A stretch of DNA of 64,000 bases from Mobula hypostoma (taxonomy: Eukaryota), in the NCBI RefSeq assembly GCF_963921235.1, contig NC_086097.1, positions 13,888,001 through 13,952,000 on the forward strand, in the 5' to 3' direction. Both the position numbers and the translations under genes were made by a program. Numbering within the stretch: the stretch's first letter is position 1; each line of letters begins with the position of its first letter. Shown piece after piece: positions 47,591 through 59,989 of this stretch. The notes beneath the pieces are model-generated. The model was not told the DNA's origin. It saw nothing but the letters and a program-made list of their open reading frames with translations, and searched no databases.

Positions 47591-48267
47591 GCTCCCGATG
47601 CTCCCGATGTGGCCTTTTATATATTGGCGAGACCCGACGCAGACTGGGAGACCGCTTTGCTGAACATCTACGCTCTGTCCGCCACAGAAAGCAGGATCTC
47701 CCAGTGGCCACACATTTTAATTCCACATCCCATTCCCATTCTGACATGTCTATCTACGGCCTCCTCTACTGTAAAGATGAAGCCACACTCAGGTTGGAGG
47801 AACAACACCTTATATTCCGTCTGGGTAGCCTCCAACCTGATGGCATGAGCATCGACTTCTCTAACTTCCGCTAAGGCCCCACCTCCCCCTCGTACCCCAT
47901 CTGTTACTTATTTTTATGCACACATTCTTTCTCTCACTCTCCTTTTTCTCCCTCTGTCCCTCTGAATATACCTCTTGCCCATCCTCTGGGTCCCCCCCCC
48001 TTGTCTTTCTCCCCGGACCTCCTGTCCCATGATCCTCTCATATCCCCTTTGCCAATCACCTGTCCAGCTCTTGGCTCTATCCCTCCCCCTCCTGTTTCCT
48101 CCTATCATTTTGGATCTCCCCCTCCCCCTCCCCCTCCAACTTTCAAATCCCTTACTCACTCTTCCTTCAGTTAGTCCTGACGAAGGGTCTCGGCCTGAAA
48201 CGTCGACTGCACCTCTTCCTACAGATGCTGCCTGGCCTGCTGCGTTCACCAGCAACTTTGATGTGTG
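47591..48267 (+). mobile_element. Young PLE 3' fragment (probably Neptune-like) with a GIY-YIG endonuclease remnant
   Basis: CSRCGLLYIGETRRRLGDRFAEH...VATHFN...LEEQHLIFRLGSLQPDGM..* ends at 47874. 11-bp TSD TTTCTTCCCAT at 47580-47590 and 48268-48278. Confidence 0.92.
48172..48209 (+). ncRNA. Minimal type I hammerhead ribozyme motif (PLE-associated)
   Basis: TAGTC-CTGACGA-AGGGTCTCGGCCT-GAAAC-GTC-GACTG: stem I, intact CUGANGA and GAAA boxes, stem II hairpin, palindromic ACGU instead of stem III, GUC cleavage triplet. Confidence 0.75.
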
Positions 48268-48704
48268 TTTCTTCCCATTCTGTTGTTTGGTCTGAACAAC
48301 AACTGAACCTATTGACCATGTCTGCATGCTTTTATGCATTGCGTTGTTGGCACATGATTGGCTGATTAGATATTTGCATTATCGTGCAGGTGTACAGGTG
48401 TATTTAATAAAGTAGCCATGGAGTGTAAACTCCCCCTAACACTTTCCAAGTGAGCACTATAATCACAAGTGGTACGTCAGTGAGCAAATGACAACACCAG
48501 AAGTCAGATCTTTATAAAAAGAACCACTCCATCACAAGGTGGCCCAGATTATCTCTCCAATGACAGACTCCTGCCCATAACTGAATGAAATGGCCAACCC
48601 ATCCATGGACTTCTCACATAGATCTTTCAGAGCAAAGGTTTACAAATACTTGGCCTTCAATGTGGAGAAATACTGATGCATTTACTTCTTGTACTGGATC
48701 TTCA

Positions 48705-49310
48705 AGGATGTCACAGTAGCGTAGCAGTTAGCAAGAAGCTATAACAGCTCGGGAGGTCAGAGTTGGGAGTTCAGTTCCGGCGCCATCTGTTATGAGTTTG
48801 TACATTCTCTCCATGACCACGTAAGTATCCTTTGAGTGCTCCGGTTGTGAAATTTATTGATTTGTGGCCGAAGTACAGTGCAATACATACAAAAACCGTT
48901 ACTATATGTCACAGTACAAAAATAAATAGTGCGAAAGCAGAATGGTGATGTAGCATTCATGAGTTTATGGACAGTTCAGAAATCTGATGGTAGAGGGGAA
49001 GCAGCAATACTCCTGAATCACTGAGTGTTCATCTTCAGACTCCTCTACTTCCTCTCTGATACTACTATTGAGAAAAGGGCATGTCCTGGATGGTTAAGGT
49101 CCTTCATGATCGATGTCTTTTAAAGGTGCCCTCGATGGTGGGGAGGCTAGTGACCATGATGAAGCTGGCTAAGTTTACAATCCTTTGCAACTTTTTCTGA
49201 TCCTGTTAGTTGGAACCTCCCTAGCAGACAGTGATACAATCAGTCAGGATTTTCTCCGCAGTACAACAGTAGAAATTTGCAAGAGTCTTTGGTGACATTC
49301 TTAATCTCAG
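48705..49310. mobile_element. Partial V-SINE (plus) followed by a Rex1-like 3' fragment (minus)
   Basis: AGTAGCGTAGCAGTTAGC...GAGTTCAGTTCC, then Rex C-terminal homology. Confidence 0.65.
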
Positions 49311-49444
49311 GTTCAATTATAGGACTTAAAAAAGGAGCTTGATATCTATCTGAAAGGAAGACAGGGTAACAGTATGGGCAAGGAGCAGGACAAGTGAGTT
49401 GTACCAAGGTAGAGATGATAGGAATAAAGTTCTAAGCAGTAATC

Positions 49445-50110
49445 AATGTAATTTATCCAAGCAGTTTCTTCATGCACTTTGGTAGAAGGGATATTGGTGC
49501 AGACTGTTTTCTAAGCAGGGAAAAAAATTCAGAAATCAAAGGTGCAAAGGAATTAGGGAGTCTTCTTGCATAATTCCCTAAAGGTTAACTGCAGGTTGAG
49601 TTGGTGGTAAGGAAACCAAATGCAATGTTAACATAATATAAAATACAAAAGCAAGAATATAATGCTGAGTCTTTATAAAGCATTGGTCCAGCTACACTTG
49701 GAGTACTGAGCCCCTCATCTAATAAAAGACATCAGAGAGGGTCCAGAGGAGCCTATCAAATTTTGAAAGGTTTAGATAGAGTGAATGTGGAGAGGATGCT
49801 TCCTATAGAGCAGGAGTCTAGGCCTCGGAATAGAAGGACATACCTTTAGAACAGAGATGGGGAGGAATTTCTATAGCTGGAGGGTAGAAAATCTGTGGAA
49901 TTCATTACCACATATGACTGCAGAGCCCAAGCAATTGGGTATATTTAAAGCAGAGGTTGATAGGTTATTGATTAGTAAAGGAGTCAAAGGATTTAGGGAG
50001 AAGGCAGGAAAATGGGGTTGAGACAGATAATAAATCAGCCATTAGGGAATAGCAGAGCAGACACTATAGGCTGAATAGCCTAATTCTGCTCCTAAGCCTT
50101 ACGATCTTAG
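49445..50110 (+). mobile_element. Degraded CR1 3' fragment
   Basis: LYKALV..HLEY and NLWNSLP motifs, followed by the CR1 3' UTR. Confidence 0.75.
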
Positions 50111-50139
50111 AGTAACAATTCAACGGAAGAGCCACCCTG

Positions 50140-50590
50140 GATTGATAAGTTCATGGCCTAAGGTAGAAGGAGCCAATTTTAGAAAACCTAGCACATTAGT
50201 TTTTCAACACAGTCCCCTCCTACATTTACACACTTAGTCCAGCGGCTGTGGAGCATACAGAGCTTGGACCTCCAGAAAGTGCCCACAGCAGGGATGATGA
50301 TAAGTTTGTGGCCTAAGGTAGAAGGAGATGAGTTATACAGCTCTCTTTACACGCACGTGCAGTTCAACTCTTTGAGTGATTATGCAGAAAGTTTGAAGTT
50401 AATAAATCATCAGTTAATAACTCATCAGGGGTGATTGATAACTCTGTGGCCTAAGATGGAAGGAGATGAGTTATTAACTTCAAACTTTCTGCATAATCAC
50501 TCAAAGTGTTGAACTGCATGTGCATGTTAACGAGAGCTGTATAACTCATCTCCTTCTACCTTAGGCCACGAACTTATCGACCACCTCTCG
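50140..50590. mobile_element. Second mariner-derived MITE with the same modules rearranged
   Basis: Three forward copies and one reverse copy of GATTGATAAGTT(C/T)GTGGCCTAAGGTAGAAGGAG. Homologous to 20246-20717. Confidence 0.85.
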
Positions 50591-51510
50591 CACGTTCAGC
50601 TACCAAAGCAGGGTTTGAACCCCCATCCTTCTCACTTGGATACCAGAGAACTTACACTGAACCAATCTGAATCACATATAAATTGCATATTAATAGTCTT
50701 GGTCACATCATGGGAAAAAACATTAAATGCCAGCTACTAAACCTAGAATTATCTACGGAAGAAGACATTGGAGATAGTATTTTATTGCAGACCCATCTAC
50801 TAGCAATGACGTAGAAATAGAAAATGGTTAGACTACTTTACCCTTGAGCCTAGACCGTTCTTTTTGATCATTTTGTATGTGTTTCTTTGGACTTCCAGTA
50901 CCTGCCGACTTTCTTGTGTTTGTGTTGCCCTTGATACAGCCCAGTGGTTAAGCTACATATGTTAATACTCCTCCCATTTTCGCAAAGCACTTAATAGATA
51001 GAATTATGAAAAGAAATCTGGCATATAATGAAGAAAACAGTTATCAAATCCCATTGGTTCAAAACAGCAGCACACACCATTCTTTAACTGAAGAGGCTTT
51101 TGTCATCCTCACTCCTAAAAGACCCAGTACTAATTTTTATATGTTTCTCACTTAATGGTTAAGTGAATAATATCCGAAGACCCAAACAGTTCTTAATATT
51201 TTGAAAATTAATCAAAAATTAATCTTCTAAATTCAGAAGTATATCCTTTCCCAATATTTCCTTCTTGGTTGAAGCCATCAGTCTGATGAAGCTACTTTGC
51301 AGGCCCTTCATATGATCATATTGTCTTGCCTAATCCTCCAGAATTTCTGTGACCTGTAATCTATTCCTCCCAATGAAAGGATATGTATTTCACTTGATTT
51401 TTTTGAATGATTTTTGAACGTGTCCAGAAAATTTCAGAGATTGACGTATATTGTTCCCCAAATCTCCTTGGACTTCAGTTACCTCTATGTTTTTCTTCAT
51501 TTAGAAAATA

Positions 51511-53805
51511 GAAACCATAGAAACCACAGCACAGAAACAGGCCTTTTGGCGCTTCTTGGCTGTGCCGAACCATTTTCTGCCTAGTCCCACCGACCTGCAC
51601 AGGGACCATATCCCTCCATACACCTCCCATCCATGTATCTGTCCAATTTATTCTTAAATGTTAAAAAAGAACCCGCATTTACCACCTCGTCTGGCAGCTC
51701 ATTCCATACTCCCACCACTCTCTGTGTGAAGAAGCCCCCCCCAGTGTTCCCTTTAAACTTTTCCCCCCTCACCCTAAACCCATGTCCTCTGGTTTTTTTC
51801 TCCCCTTGCCTCAGTGGAAAAAGCCTGCTTGCATTCACTCTATCTATACCCATCATAATTTTATATACCTCTATCAAATCTCCCCTCATTCTTCTACGCT
51901 CCAGGGAATAAAGTCCCAGCCAATTCCAACCTATTTCTCTGTAACTGAGTTTCTCACGTCCCGGCAACATCCTTGTAAACCTTGTCTGCACTCTTTCAAC
52001 CTTATTTATATCCTTCCTGTAATTTGGTGACCAAAACTGAACACAATACTCCAGATTCGGCCTCACCAATGCCTTATACAACCTCATCATAACATTCCAG
52101 CTCTTATACTCAATACTTTGATTAATAAAGGCCAATGTACCAAAAGCTCTCTTTACGACCCTATCTACCTGTGACGCCACTTTTAGGGAATTTTGTATCT
52201 GTATTCCCAGATCCCTCTGTTCCACTGCACTCCTCAGTGCCTTACCATTAACCCTATATGTTCTACCTTCGTTTGTCCTTCCAACGTGCAATATCTCACA
52301 CTTGTCAGTATTAAACTCCATCTGCCATTTTTTAGCCCATTTTTCCAGCTGATCCAAGTCCCTCTGCAGGCTCTGAAAACCTTCCTCACTGTCTACTACA
52401 CCTCCAATCTTTGTATCATCAGCAAACTTGCTGATCCAATTTACCACATTATCATCCAGATCATTGATATAGATGACAAATAACAATGGACCCAGCACTG
52501 ATCCCTGTGGCACACCACTAGCCACAGACCTCCACTCAGAGAAGCAATTCTCTACCACCACTCTCTGGCTTCTTCCATCAAACCAATGTCTAATCCAATT
52601 TACCACCTCTCCATGTATACCTAGCGACTGAATTTTCCTAACTAACCTCCCATGCGGGACCTTGTCAAAGACCTTACTGAAGTCCATATAGACAACATCC
52701 ACTGCCTTCCCTTCATCCACTTTCCTGGTAACCTCCTCGAAAAACTCCAATAGATTGGTCAAACATGACCTACCATGCACAAAGCCACATTGACTCCCCC
52801 TAATAAGTCCCAGTCTATCCAAATGCTTGTAGATTCTGTCTCTTGGTACTCCCTCCAATAACTTACCTACTACCAACGTTAAACTTACTGGCCTATAATG
52901 TTCCCGGATTACTTTTCGATCCTTTTTTAAACAACGGAACAACATGAGCCACTCTCCAATCTCTGGCAACTCACCTGTAGACAGCGACATTTTAAATATT
53001 TCAGCCAGGGCCCCTGCAATTTCAACACTAGTCTCCTTTAAGGTCCGAGGGAACACCCTGTCAGGTCCCGGGGATTTATCCACTTTAATTTTCCTCAAGA
53101 CAGCAAGGACCTCCTCCTTTTCGATCTGTACAGTTTCCATGATCTCACTACTTGTTTCCCTTAATTCCATAGACTTCATGCCAGTTTCCTTAGTAAACAC
53201 AGACGCAAAAAACCTATTTAAGATCTCCCCCATTTCCTTTGGTTCCGCACATAGCCGACCACTCTGATCTTCAAGAGGACCAATTTTATCCCTTACAATC
53301 CTTTTGCTCTTAATATACCTGTAAAAGCTCTTTGGATTATCCTTCACTTTGATTGCCAAGGCAATCTCATGTCTTCTTTTAGCCCTCCTGATTTCTTTCT
53401 CAAGTATTTTCTTGCACTTCTTATACTCCTCAAGCACCTTATTTACTCCCTGCTTCCTTTACACGTCATACAACTCCCTCTTCTTCTTTATCAGAGTTGC
53501 AATATCCCTTGAGAACCAAGGTTCCTTATTCCTATTCACCTTGCCTTTAATCCTGACAGGAACATACAAATTCTGCACTCTCAAAATTTCTGCTTTGAAG
53601 GCTTCCCACCTACCGATCACATCCATGCCAGAGAACAACCTGTCCCAATCCACGCTTTTTAGATCCTTTCTCATTTCTTCAAATTTGGCCTTCTTCCAGT
53701 TAAGAACCTTAACCCTAGGACCAGATCTATCCTTGTCCATGATCAAGTTGAAACTAATGGTGTTGTACTCACTCAAATTGAAACTAATGGTGTTATGATC
53801 ACTCT
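51511..53805 (-). mobile_element. Young 5'-truncated CR1 LINE
   Basis: Contains the ORFs at 51581-53437 and 53459-53776, a GGTTTCTAT-type tail, and a possible AAAATA TSD at 51505-51510 and 53806-53811. Confidence 0.95.
51581..53437 (-). pseudogene. CR1 ORF2 reverse transcriptase (618-aa open frame, truncated, with internal compensating frameshifts)
   Basis: KSPGPD, YRPVSLT, YMDFSKVFDKVPH, GVPQGSVLGP, FADD and RPNLEYCVQFWSP motifs. Confidence 0.95.
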
Positions 53806-53899
53806 AAAATACTCTATTGAAAATCCAGACTGCATTTCCTCACAGCTTATTTGCTACATTTTCAATTACAATATTAAAGTACTTTTGTAACTTAATTAG

Positions 53900-54440
53900 T
53901 GATTTTCTTCCCAGCTAAGATATAATAGGACGGTGAACATTGTAGCTTGGTTCACAAGTGCTGCCTACCTTTGTGACATCAACAAATTTAGATATACTGC
54001 TCCTTTTCCATCAACTAAATCAGTAATAAATACTGTGATTAACTGAGGCACCACTTCAGATCCTTCCGGGACACCACTAGTCACATCCTGCCAATTAGAT
54101 CACTTGCCCATTATCCCTACTCTATGTCCCCTGCTGTGCAACCAATTTTCTAACCAAGTCAATAATATGCTTTCAATTCAGTTATTGTTTCTCTCACTCT
54201 CTGAGAAAGTTATCAATTCCTTTTGAGAATAAATAACTTTCATTGACAGCCTGCTGTCCACTATTTTAGTTATCCCTTCAAATAAAATCAGTTAGGTTTG
54301 TCAGACTTTATAATCCCACGCTGTCTATTCCTGATGGACTGAAAGTTTTCAAGGTTCTCAGTCTCTGTCCTTAATTATGGACTTGAGTAAGTTCTCATTA
54401 ACAAATATTATTCTATAATGCTTAGTGTTATCTTTCTTAT
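53900..54440 (-). mobile_element. Old CR1/L2-type RT fragment (host of the young CR1)
   Basis: Minus strand reads WQDVTSGVPEGSEVVPQL...SKFVDVTKVG. Confidence 0.6.
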
Positions 54441-54599
54441 TTTAATTAACAGTAGCTCACTAAACAATGGCTGCTGTCTATGAGGAGTTTGAATGTTCTC
54501 CCTGTGACCATGTGGGTTTCCTCCAGATACTCTGGTTTCCTCCAACATTCCAATGATATATGCTACATCCATGGTCAACCCGACCAAAAAAAAGGGTTT

Positions 54600-54760
54600 T
54601 TTTCATTATAAAGATTCTGTCTTCTTCCCCCTTTCTTTCTAGTCCTGATGAAGGGTCTATGTTTGAAATATTAACTGTATATTCATTTCCATAGATGCTG
54701 CTGGATCAGCTAAGTTCCACCAGAATATTGTGTGCATTGCATCTGCAAAATCTCTTGTAT
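54600..54760 (+). mobile_element. PLE terminal fragment
   Basis: TAGTCCTGATGAAGGGTCTATGTTTGAAATATTAACTG...ATAGATGCTG. Confidence 0.7.
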
Positions 54761-54919
54761 CATTCCACTATCTTTTTGTCAATCTTATTAGTCTAAAAAT
54801 TCAACTGTAAATCACACAAGAAGACAATAGATGAAAATCTTTAATACGGTATTAACCAGTTCTGCACACTGTTACAGAATGAGATAACTCTATTTATTAA
54901 TAAGGTTTGGATTAGATTT

Positions 54920-55170
54920 CGGGTGGCATGGTAGCTTAAGGGTTTGTGTAATGCTATAACAGAGCTAGTGACCCAGGTTCAATTCCCACTGCTGCCAATA
55001 AGGAGTTTGTACCTTCTTTCCGTTGCTGCGTTAGTTTCCTTCAGGTGCTCTGGTGTCGTCCCACATTTTAAAGACATACAGGTTAGTAGGTTAATTGGTC
55101 ACATTGGCGTAGTGGGTGGCACTGGTTTGTTGGGCCTGGAAGAGCCAGCTGCCATGCTGTATCTCTAAGT
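54920..55170 (+). mobile_element. V-SINE (HE1-like)
   Basis: GGGTGGCATGGTAGCTT...GGTTCAATTCCC, V-domain, tail GCTGTATCTCTAA. Confidence 0.8.
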
Positions 55171-57069
55171 AATAATCAATTATGAATGATGGGAAAAGGC
55201 CCATGCATTAGTGCACTCTCTCCTGACATTTAGCGATGTCACTAAATGTCGTTTAGTTGTTGGCAAGATTTGTTGCTGGCACTAAACAGAGACACAAGAG
55301 ATTGCAGATGCTTGAGCCTTGAGCAACAACCATATTCCTGCAGGCACTCAGTGGGTTGATCGGCATCTGTGGGGTGGTGGGGGAAGGTGAAAGATGGAAG
55401 GAATTGTCGCGATTTCAGTCAAAACTCTGGGTGATGTCTGAGTTCCACCAGCTGGTTGTATGCTGTTTCAAATGATATGGACTGAATCATAGCTAGTGTT
55501 TGTTTCTCACAGAAAAGAACAGGCTTTAGTAACAAGCTGAACATGAAGTTCAAGCAGAATATTACATAAAAAGTCAGTGACATCACCATATCCCTGAAGC
55601 AGGCTTTGCTTCATGCCAGGTGGCTAGAAATGCCAGAGAAAATCGTGGATAAAGAGGAATGTTTCCATATTCAAAAATAAGGAAAGAACTGAAGAAAGAT
55701 GTCTGACAAAAGAGCAGCACTAATAGCAGGGAGTTGCCAGGAAGCAGGCAGTATTAGTATGAATTCCTACACTACGGCCAAAGGTCTCTTTATGTCTGAC
55801 AGGAAAAGTCATACTTATCAAGAATGAGAGGCAATAGGTATCTTCTTCACATTACTTTGTGGCATGATCAGTGGTATATCACAGCAGATTCTGCCTGCAA
55901 TATTCCTGACGCAAGTTTTCAAAGAGTGAGGGTGACCCTGCCTTTGACTGTAGGTACACCTCGCTCGTTGTTAGTTACAAAACAAACATAAATGCCTGCA
56001 CATCACTAAAAATCAAATTCAAAGTCAGCTTTCCTCTCATAAACCTGAGTCTGGTCAGGCACATATGTGATCCACATCACAGAATCCTTGCCCACCCACT
56101 ACATGGATTTGAAAGGCAATCATTTCAGGATCAATAAGGGAGAGCAAGCAAATGCTGGTATTTATCAATAATGCCCACCTCCAATAAATATAAACACAGC
56201 CCTCAGTCACCCATTTCTAGTTCTTAATTCTACCCACTGAGGTTCCAGTGTCTGCTTACTTGTGTACAACTGAATGAATTTCATCCCAAAGACCCTACCA
56301 ATCCCAGACTTCTCCTCTTCTGGATCTCCCATCAGACAGAAAATACAAAAGCCTGAAAGCACGTATCTCCAGGCTCAAAGACATCTTCTGTCCTGCTGCT
56401 ATCAGACTGGTAAATGGACCTGTTGTGTAACATAGACTCCTGGCCTCACAATCTCCCTCGTTATGATCTTGCACTTTATTGTTTACCTGTACTGCACTTT
56501 CTTTGTGGCTGTTACACTTTATTCTGCGTTGTCGTTCAGAATCAGAATAAGAATCAGGTGTAATATCACTGGCATATGTCATGAAATTTCTTGTCTTTTT
56601 TAGCAGCAGTACAATGCAATACATAATAATAGAAAGACAAGCTTTTCACTGCCTCTTGGTAATATGACAATAGTACACCAATTCAAGTATTAGGCCATTC
56701 ATCCCTTCTACCCTGTTCTTATCTTTCTGAGTCTCTTGAAACACAGTTTATTTAGCTCACCATTCTGTTGCCTTGCAGCGTTGTCCTAATAAAGGCGAGC
56801 ATGTCATAATTTCCAAATCAAATTAATGATTCCCAAGCCTTTGACTCTAGATAATCAGGTCTAATAGATTTGTGAGTGGGAGGAAATTTGGACAGTAGTT
56901 TGGTGAGTGATGTCTGGGCACCGACATAATAGGAAGGCCAGACAGGGTGGGACTACTTCACGAGTCTGTGCATGATAGCAGCTAGGAATATGTAATGTTT
57001 GGCCATAATTTGCATTTTGCAATAAATGTAAGAGTCATTTCTGTACATGTATACAAACCTTTTTGGGCA

Positions 57070-57380
57070 GATGGGGCTCTTCAGCTGTGGTTGGAAGCTC
57101 ATCTAGAAGGAAAACTCTGAGCTCAAACTTCTGCTGCCTTACACCTATCCTATCCTGGGGAAGGCCTCAGGATACCCCAAGGGAAAAATACAGAGTCCTG
57201 CGTTGAGCTCAATGCAGACTGGCAACTCCTGCAATCCGCTGGTGCCAAACTGTATCAGTATCCACCGTTCTTTTGGTTCATCAGATGCCTGGAGAGGGGG
57301 AGCTTGCTACAGGGGCAACTGCTTGCTCTCCATTTTGGACAGCTAGGATATGGTTGACCCTGACCTATGGAGGCCTCACT
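57070..57380 (+). mobile_element. Probable RTE-derived non-autonomous element
   Basis: RTE-5'-UTR-like motif CATCTAGAAGGAAAACTCTGAGCTCAAAC. Confidence 0.4.
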
Positions 57381-57649
57381 CACTCATATAAAACTCGTAT
57401 CTCTTGTGGAAAGGTATGACCAATTCTTATATCAACATACACAAAATACTGAAGGAACTCAGCAAGTCAGCCTGCATGCAGGGAGAGCCTTCTTCCGGAC
57501 CAAATCTTATAGTGTTATTTCCAGAAAAAAGATCGGATAAGAAATTATGCACATACAAAAATTTTTTGAACCAGAAATCCATGCCAAATATTTGGTAATA
57601 TCCCTAATATAAGCTCATTCACTTCAATACTTCTGTCTCAGAAATGTAG

Positions 57650-58725
57650 ATGTATAAGATGATGAGAGGCATTGATCGTGTGGATAGTCAGAGGCTTTTC
57701 CCCAGGGCTGAAAGGCTTAACACGAGAGGACACAGTTTTAAGATGCTGGAAGGAGAGGAGATGTCAGGGTAAGTTTTTTACACAGAGAGTCGTGAGTGTG
57801 TGGAATGGGCTGCCGTTGACGGTGGTGGAGGCGAATATGATAGTGTCTTATAAGAGACTCCTGGATAGCCATATGGAGCTCAAAAATAGAGGGCTATGGG
57901 TAACCCTGCGTAATTTCTCAGGTAAGGACATGTTCCGCACAGCTTTGTAGGCCGAAGGGCCTGTATTGTGCTGTAGGTTTTCTATGTTTCTAAATATATT
58001 GTTGACAATGGGTCAGAATCCTGGAACATCATATCTGAATGGCAGTATGGTTCTGAAGTATTGATAGAAGTACACACAATTATTTCTTTATTTTTGTTTA
58101 TTGGAATACAGCACAGACTCGGCCCTTTGGGATCTTTGGGTCATACCCGCCCAGCAACTCCGAATTTAACCCTAGTCTAATCAGAACACATGTTACAATG
58201 ACCAATTAAACTACCAACTGGTAGTCTTTAGACTGTGGGAGGCAAAGGGAGCACCCAGAGGAAATCTACGTGGTCACACGGAGAACATTCAAACTCCTTA
58301 TTGGCAACGATGTTAACTGAAGAAGGTCACCTCTTCTGTAAAGCATCATGCAACCCACTACGCTACCATGCCTCCCTAATTATTAGGGGTATAGAGAGGG
58401 TAAATGCAGCTAGGTTTTTCCACTGAGGTTGGGTAGGACTAAAACAAGAGGTCATGGGTGAAGGGTGAAAGGTAAAATGTTTAAGGGAAACATGAGGGGG
58501 AGCTTCTTCACTCAGGGTGGTGAGAGTGTGGAACAAGCTGCCAGAGCAAATGGTGGATGTGGCCTTAATTTCAACATTTAAGCGAAGTTTGGATAGGTAC
58601 ATGGATGGGAGAGGTATGGAGGGCTGTGGTCCGGGTAGAGATCGATGGGACGAGGCAGATTAATGTTTCAGCACCGACTAGATGGGCTAAGGGGTCTGTT
58701 TCTGTGCTGTAGTGTTTAGTGACTC
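57650..58725. mobile_element. CR1 3' fragment (57650-57992, plus), V-SINE (58100-58375, minus), CR1 3' fragment (58378-58725, plus)
   Basis: GKFFTQRVVSVWNGLP; GGGAGGCAAAGGGAGCACCCAGAGGAAATC; IIRGIERVNAARFF. Confidence 0.75.
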
Positions 58726-58886
58726 AGTGTAGCAGTATCTTCACTGGTGGATCAGCAGGGTGGATCGGAGCCTTCTTCTTACAAATAACTAATCATGAGC
58801 ATTAAATGCTGGTCTTCCTAACAACACCCATGTCCTATAGTGAACAATTTAAAAAATATCTTGCCAGGCAAAAGAGAATGCATAAC

Positions 58887-59500
58887 ATTAGATTAGATTA
58901 TGAGGACACACAGTCCTCCTTTATTGCCATTTAGTAACGCATGCATTAAGAAATGATACAATATTCCTCCAGTGTGATATCACAGAAACACAGGACAGAC
59001 CAAGACTGAAAAATTAACAAAACCACATAATTATAACATATAGTTACAACAGTGCAACAATACCATAACTTGATGAAGAACAGGCCACGGCACAGAAAAA
59101 AAGTTCAAAGTCTCTCGAAAGTCCCACATCTCACGCAGACAGGAGAAGGAAGAAAACTCTCCCTGCCATGCCCGACCACAGTCCGACTCTGAGTCATCCG
59201 AAAACTTCAAGCCTCCGATCAGCCCTCCGACACCGAGTACCGAGCACCATCTCTATCCGAGCGCTTCGACCCCAGCCTCGGTCGCCAGCAGGAGGCAAAG
59301 CCGGGGATTTTGGGCCTTCCCTCCTGAAGATTCTCGATCACACAGTAACAGCGGCAGTGAAACTACAATTCAGAAATTTCTCCAGATGTTCCTCTGCGCT
59401 TTCATGTCTGTATCCATCAAATCAGAATTGTCCACAGCCCCTATTTAACGGATATGATATCATTTTTCACCGGAGAGCTGCGAGTGCTATCTTCTCCTCC
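58887..59500 (-). mobile_element. Second, longer copy of the (TAATC)n-tailed CpG-rich element
   Basis: Reverse complement of 3290-3848 with an internal deletion of about 45 bp and a 5' extension. Confidence 0.8.
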
Positions 59501-59989
59501 CACCCAAGAGGAGAGTCCTGATGCAAACATGATGCAAATTTTCAACTCTTCAATGCAACAATGGAAATATGACAGCATTTTGACCATAAGAAGAGCGTGT
59601 TTCACCCAACAAGTCTGTAATACAGTCTTCATCTTATACTTTAATAGCATCAGATCCCATACCTTTCTTGCATGTTTGGGTGTACCTCAGCCACTCCACT
59701 TGACGCTGAGTTGCATGCCATTGCATTGAACTAGTAACATCGGAAAGCGAGAGTTAAAATGCAAAAGTAACAGAGGATGTAACATTATACATCACCACTT
59801 TCTGCAGGGATTTGTATAGATTAGCTTTTAGACCTTTCTGACAAAGTTTTTGAAAATGTTTTGGGTTTTTCGGACATCAATGTGAGGAAAAGTCATGAAA
59901 TGAGGAGCCATCATAAGAAACTTAGCTGGTCACAGAAAAATCATTGATAAAGCAGTGAGAAGTTCTTGGTGATTGAATATTATTATTGA

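Larger units (their letters stand above)
47241..48425 (-). mobile_element. Internally deleted Tc1-like transposon interrupted by a PLE
   Basis: GKKCDLSDFDCGIIVV on the minus strand. TIR remnants GGCCACGTTATTAG and TAATAAAGTAGCCATGGAGTG|TA. Confidence 0.8.

Noticed and set aside
47263..47874. 203-aa ORF as a host or fusion gene
   Set aside because: It is a chance read-through from antisense Tc1 sequence into the PLE GIY-YIG fragment across the TSD junction.
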